Source: an uncultured bacterium
Lineage (GTDB): Bacteria > Hydrothermota > Tepidihabitantia > SM23-42 > JAOAFX01
Direction of reading: 5' to 3'
Length of the DNA: 64,000 nt
NCBI GenBank assembly: GCA_964559225.1
Contig: CAZLGA010000004.1
Coordinates: forward strand, 83-64,082
In this document: positions 59,503-64,000 of the stretch, one piece after another
Numbering within the stretch: the first letter of the stretch is position 1
Layout of the letters: every line of letters starts with the position of its first letter
Position numbers and translations under genes: made by a program
Notes under the pieces: generated by a model
Told to the model about the DNA's origin: nothing
The model's database searches: none
The model's input: the letters and a program-made list of their open reading frames with translations, nothing else

Positions 59503-62334
59503 TTGAATGCGGGCTATATCACGCCGCCATTACAGGCGGTGCTGGATACTTTGTCGCCCGGTAAGAAAATCTGGGTAAGTGTGCATCTAAAAGAAAGGCC
59601 TAACCTTGCTCGTCTTCCGCAAAAGGCTTATGCAGAAAAGATTGGACATCTGAAAGAATTTGCTGAAAGGACTCAGCGACCGCTAATAAATTTTGCAAAT
59701 TCTTATGGCAATCAGATAGATAGTTTGAAGTCCTTCTGGATTTATAATGGTTTTTGCTTAAAGGCAACAAAGCCGGTAATCCTTGCCCTTGCAGGCAGAC
59801 CAGAAGTGGATTTTGCGAATGGTGGTGAAGCAGGAATAATTGAACAGGGTCCATCAGGTTATGCGCCGCCACCGCCGCAGAGGGAATGGAATATTGAGCG
59901 GGTTGGTGCACATTTAGCCTGGCTTGATGGATATACAGGGGATGGGATTGTGATTTGTATATTTGATACGGGGATGAGGGAAGACCATGAAAGCTATGGA
60001 ATATTGCCAAACTGGAAGTGGCGCGATGAATTGGGGTGGCAATATGCCTGGTTTGACACATTGTATAATACAAACAGACCTCACGACCTCAATGGTCATG
60101 GCACCCATGTTGGTGGTATTGCTATTGGTGGTGATGGCTGGGGTGGGAGTTTGCGTGATATCGGCGTTGCACCGGGTGTGAAATTGATTGCCTGTCTAGG
60201 TGGATCGGTCGGCGGCAACGATGTTACACATGCCTGTTTTCAGTGGATTGCATCACTGACCAATACACCCTATGGCAATCTTGCACCCGATGTAGTAAAT
60301 TGTTCTTGGGGCGACCCATTCAATAATGAGAATTTTGAGTATTGGGGTGATGTTGTTACATTGCGGGCATTAGATATAATTCCTGTTTTTTGTATTGGCA
60401 ATGTGATAAGTTGGCCTAATTGGCCGCCTGGTAATTTCCCTACTACAATAAGTGTTGGTGCAACTGATGTGAATGATAATTGGGCGCAGCAGTTCAGTGG
60501 TCGTGGTCCTTCTCCGAGTAGTTTTCCATGGAGTGAGCAAAAATATTGGTCACGGTCAGATTGGCAGTATATGGCAGTTGATTTAGTGGCACCTGGGACG
60601 AAAACAAGTACGACCGAAGGAATATATTCAGCGGATAAAAATAACCCGCATGGTTATATCTGGATGTGGGGCACATCTCAAGCTACACCCTATGTCACCG
60701 GTGCAATTGCCTTAATGTAGGAATCAGCAATGGATAATTTTAGTTATAAACTTGATTATTATGATATTTACGATATCCTGATTGATGCGGCAAACCCGGT
60801 AGGACAGACAGTCCCAAATTATAATTACGGCTGGGGAAGGCTTGATTGCAAGGCAGCAGTGGATAGTGTCATAACTTTCCGGATGAAATCCTCATCATCT
60901 CAGGCAATGGCTTACAATAATCAGCATAAACTTGTTTATGATGCGGTCAATTCCCGATTCCATTTTGTTTATCAGAGCGGTCAAGATTTTGAAGGTAGGG
61001 GAAAATACATTCGTTATACCAATTCAGCGGACGGAGAAAACTGGTCAGTTGACCAGAAACTGGGTGATGGTGATGCGCCCAGTATTGTGGTCGATGCCGA
61101 GGGCAATCTACATTGTGTTTATCGGGATGGCAATGCAATTATGTATCAGCGGATGATCAATGAAACTCCTGATTCACCCCGAACACTATTCATTGACCAG
61201 TTTGCTCTGGATATTGGTGTGCCTGCCTTTGTGATTTTTGGAAACACTGGTTATGTTGCTTTTGAGTTTTATAATCAATGGATGAATAGCTGTTTACTGG
61301 TGGGTTCGTTTGACATTACCAGTTCCAATCCGGTGTTGCAGTATAATAATCTTGAAAGCACAGCTGAGTATCGGTTTGGGGCTCCTGGCCTGTGTATCAA
61401 TCCAAGTTATGGGTTGGTGGTGACATATGCGCGTAAAATAAATGGTGTGTTTGAGGTTTATTATCGTGCCAGTGGTCAAAACTGGCGTCTGGTTCTTGTG
61501 TCGCGCAATGATGGTGTTAAATCGGTTGCACCGGTGGTGGTTTCGGCAAATGGCTTGTGGTTTTTCTGGGAAGATGGTGAGCCATCAGATATATATTATC
61601 GTTGGCGCACGAATCAGTGGCAGAACCCGCCGATGCCGGTTTATGTGAGTGCTGGTGCAAATTCGTGTCAACCGAGGGTAGCGGTGAATAGTTTTGAGCC
61701 CAATAAACTATATGTGGTCTGGTCCGAGCAAAATGATGCGGCTTATAATATATATGCTTCGGCATATTATGGTGGCTGGCAGAGTCCGACGATAATAAGT
61801 AGCAGTGCGGTATGGTCTGTGAATCCTGATTTAGTCTATGTTCTTGAGGGTTTGATTGAGGGGCGTATGTTGATTACCTATTCTGAGAGTAACGAGCGTT
61901 GGCTTAACCGGCATAGGTATTTGCCGTTATATCGTGTTTGCACTTATCAAAGTGTTTTACCACTAGTCCCAGGTGGACCGCAGGATAAAGGGACGATGCA
62001 AATAAGTTCTGAAACACCATATTTTGAAGTTCATCCAAATCCGTTCCAGAATTACTGCATGATTGAGTTCCAAATTTCAAATGATGATGTAGGGCAAGGC
62101 TTTCTTAAGGAACCGATGTTTCCATCAGAACCAGAGATTAGTCTTGCGATATATGATGTTACCGGGCGGGTGGTTAAGTCATTCAATCTTGAAGCCAGTA
62201 TCCTGAATTATGGGTCCAGTATAGTCTGGGATGGCAAAGACAACGCCGGTTGCAGACTTTCTCCTGGAGTTTACTTTGTGCAGATTAAGGCAGGAGCAGA
62301 TCAGCGAATTAAGAAGGTAGTACTCTGCAAATGA
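59503..62334 (+). pseudogene. S8 subtilisin-like peptidase with a T9SS CTD (~940 aa if read through), interrupted by a single in-frame TAG at 60718-60720 three codons after the catalytic Ser motif. Candidate pseudogene or assembly error. Its real N-terminus probably lies upstream at a non-canonical start.
   Basis: 5' part: D/H/S motifs ICIFDTGM, NGHGTHVGG and GTSQATPYVTGAIALM*. The 3' part is in the same frame (59503 and 60730 differ by 1227 = 3x409) and continues the S8 fold (...YNYGWGRLDCKAAVDSV). It ends with the T9SS CTD ...GVYFVQIKAGADQRIKKVVLCK. In frame upstream of 59503, KIIVSFFILGLVVLNAG (a signal h-region) follows the SD AAAGGAGG but has no ATG/GTG/TTG. Confidence 0.65.
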
Positions 62335-62362
62335 TTAGAATAATGAAATAAAAAGGAGGTTT

Positions 62363-64000
62363 ATGCAAAAAGGGGTTTTGGTTATTGGTGGGGGTATTGC
62401 TGGTATTCAGGCTGCCCTTGACCTAGCAAATGCGCAATTCAAGGTGTATCTTGTGGAGAGCGGTCCGAATATAGGTGGAAGGATGGCTCAACTTCACAAG
62501 ATATTCACCTCAATGGATTGCACGGCTTGAATACTCGGTCCGAAGATGATGGATGTCGGGCGACATCCAAATATAACCCTGTATACACTATCGGAAGTTA
62601 CCGAGGTAAAAGGTACGGCTGGGAATTTTACGGTCAAAATTATAAAATATCCAAGATATGTGGCTATCAATCAATGCACTGCCTGTGGAGATTGTACCAA
62701 GGTCTGTCCGATCGTCGTTCCCAATGAATTTGATTTAGGATTGAAATCAAGAAAGGCTATTTTTACGCCTTATAGTCAGGCTGTCCCTTCTGCCTATATC
62801 AGGGTGAGAGAAGAATGCCTTGATAATGTTCCTGAACGCGCAAGAAAGATAATGAAACGGATACAGGAAAGGAAGTTAAATCCCTGGGAACTCATCGTCT
62901 GTGGTAAGTGTATTCAGGTATGTAAGGCAAAGGCAATAAACTTTGATGAACCCATTGAAGAGATTGAATTGAATGTCGGTGCAATAATAGTTGCTACAGG
63001 TGTAGATTATTATGATCCCCGAGAGGCGAGTGAATATGGCTATACAAGATTTGAGAATGTAATAACGAGTTTTGAACTGGAAAGGCTCCTTGATACAGCA
63101 AGTCCGACCAAAGGTGAACTTTTAACTTTTAGTCATGTCAGGCATCCTAAAAGGATTGCCTTCATCCAGTGCGTTGGTTCCAGAAATATGAAGGCCGATA
63201 TTGATTATTGTTCAAGAATCTGTTGTATGAATACGATAAAGGATACGCTCGTCGTGCGTGAGCACTATCCCCATGCCGAAATAATGGTCTTTTATATTGA
63301 TATAAGGGCATTTGGTAAGGGTTTTGAAGAGTTTTATCGCAGAAGTCTTGATGCTGGAGTAAAATATATTAAAGGCAAACCATCAAAGATAACCGAAGAT
63401 AAGAAGACTGGTGAGATTATCCTTTCTTATGAAGATCAGCTGAGTGGAGAAACGAGGAGTTTGGTCGTTGACCTCGCAGTCTTATCATCCGCAATGGTGC
63501 CGAGTCCAGGAACAAAGAAACTTGCTCAGATACTTGGTATTGAACTTGCCCAGGATGGATTCTTCAAAGAGATAGACCCCTGTTCCCATCCCCTTGAATC
63601 ATCAAAGTTAGGTATTTATTTGTGCGGATGCGCTACAGGTCCAAAGGATATTACCGACGCGATTGCCGAGGCAAGCGGTGCTGCTGTAAAAGCAGGAATG
63701 ATTGTTAAAGATGAGATCGTTGAAGAAAAAAAAGAAGAGATTAAACCGCTTGATTTGAGCGGACCACCAAGGGTTGGAGTATTTGTGTGCCATTGCGGAA
63801 CGAATATTGCAGCAGTCCTTAATATTAAGACCTTATGTGAATACGCTAAGACCTTAAACAATGTAGTATTCGTGGATAATTACTTATTTGCATGTGCCGA
63901 GAGTGTGCAGAAGAAGATTCAGGAGGCAATAATAGAATATAATTTAAATAGAATTGTTGTTGCTGCTTGCACTCCAAAGACACACGAAGGTATATTCCAA
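62363..64000 (+). CDS. hdrA: Heterodisulfide reductase subunit A (HdrA)-like FAD/FeS protein, a predicted selenoprotein with an in-frame TGA at 62528-62530. The 3' end runs off the window.
   Basis: Perfect SD AAGGAGGT 6 nt before the [25 protein letters not shown] (FAD Rossmann fold) ...[11 protein letters not shown][TGA][15 protein letters not shown] aligns with the HdrA DCSMC(I/U)[15 protein letters not shown] region, where the TGA falls at a Cys/Sec position. Ferredoxin-like [12 protein letters not shown] and CGKCIQVC. Downstream ...[12 protein letters not shown]... runs in frame to the window end. Confidence 0.8.
62550..62569 (+). promoter_or_regulatory. Candidate bacterial SECIS element: 8-bp hairpin with a GGGC apical loop starting 20 nt downstream of the hdrA TGA.
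   Basis: TGGATGTC-GGGC-GACATCCA is a perfect inverted repeat. The distance and the G-containing apical loop are consistent with SelB-binding bSECIS elements. Confidence 0.5.

Noticed and set aside
60718-62530. Alternative genetic code (TAG or TGA reassigned) to explain in-frame stops in the S8 peptidase and hdrA.
   Set aside because: TGA terminates lon (the ATGA overlap at 18489) and TAG terminates the kor gamma subunit (57749-57751). Many other genes end normally. The hdrA TGA is explained by Sec with a SECIS, and the S8 TAG by a mutation or error.
62518-62727. 69-aa plus-strand ORF inside the hdrA region.
   Set aside because: It is in a different frame from the HdrA-homologous frame, which is continuous and explained by Sec recoding.

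Overview
This is a 64 kb AT-rich chromosomal segment from an uncultivated-looking, probably anaerobic Gram-negative bacterium. Gene content resembles the FCB superphylum or a candidate division: many type IX secretion (T9SS) C-terminal-domain cargo proteins, type IV pilus (T4P) minor pilins, a 2-oxoacid:ferredoxin oxidoreductase and a selenocysteine HdrA. Promoters are canonical TTGACA/TATAAT, not Bacteroidetes-type. Stop codons TAA, TAG and TGA are all used normally (TGA ends lon, TAG ends the kor gamma subunit).

Layout:
- 1-14.6 kb, minus strand: an island of four giant Sec/T9SS-secreted peptidases (M28, S8, C25-like with FG-GAP repeats, S8).
- 14.6-29.7 kb, minus strand: one tightly packed co-directional block with several 4-nt ATGA overlaps. 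In transcription order it runs tig, clpP, clpX, an unknown gene, GAF-GGDEF, histidine kinase, a PorX-like REC-PglZ response regulator, hsp20, lon, two GWxTD-domain proteins, an NYN protein and a PHP phosphoesterase. tRNA-Leu(UAG) lies just upstream of tig and tRNA-Asp(GUC) nearby. The naive trigger-factor ORF spuriously overlaps tRNA-Leu.
- 29.9-36.8 kb: an outer-membrane protein gene whose signal peptide is split off by a poly-T frameshift, a uridine-kinase-family protein fused to a ThrRS-editing-like domain, yggS, and a 23-bp tandem repeat array flanked by direct repeats.
- 36.5-43.1 kb, minus strand: a fimT-pilV-pilW-pilX-pilY1 minor-pilin/tip-adhesin operon.
- 43.5-53.8 kb, plus strand: a DUF1844/DUF2723 pair, a TonB-dependent receptor, a sigma54 NtrC-type regulator, pyrG, an LpxL-like acyltransferase and lptC-lptA-lptB.
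- 54.4-57.8 kb: a strong promoter plus a long leader, then a delta-alpha-beta-gamma 2-oxoacid:ferredoxin oxidoreductase operon.
- 57.8-64 kb: an SBBP-repeat T9SS cargo protein, a third S8/T9SS peptidase interrupted by an in-frame TAG, and an hdrA with an in-frame TGA (Sec) followed by a SECIS-like hairpin.

The most unusual associations are the PorX-like regulator embedded with a GGDEF cyclase, and lon translationally coupled to two GWxTD proteins plus NYN and PHP proteins.
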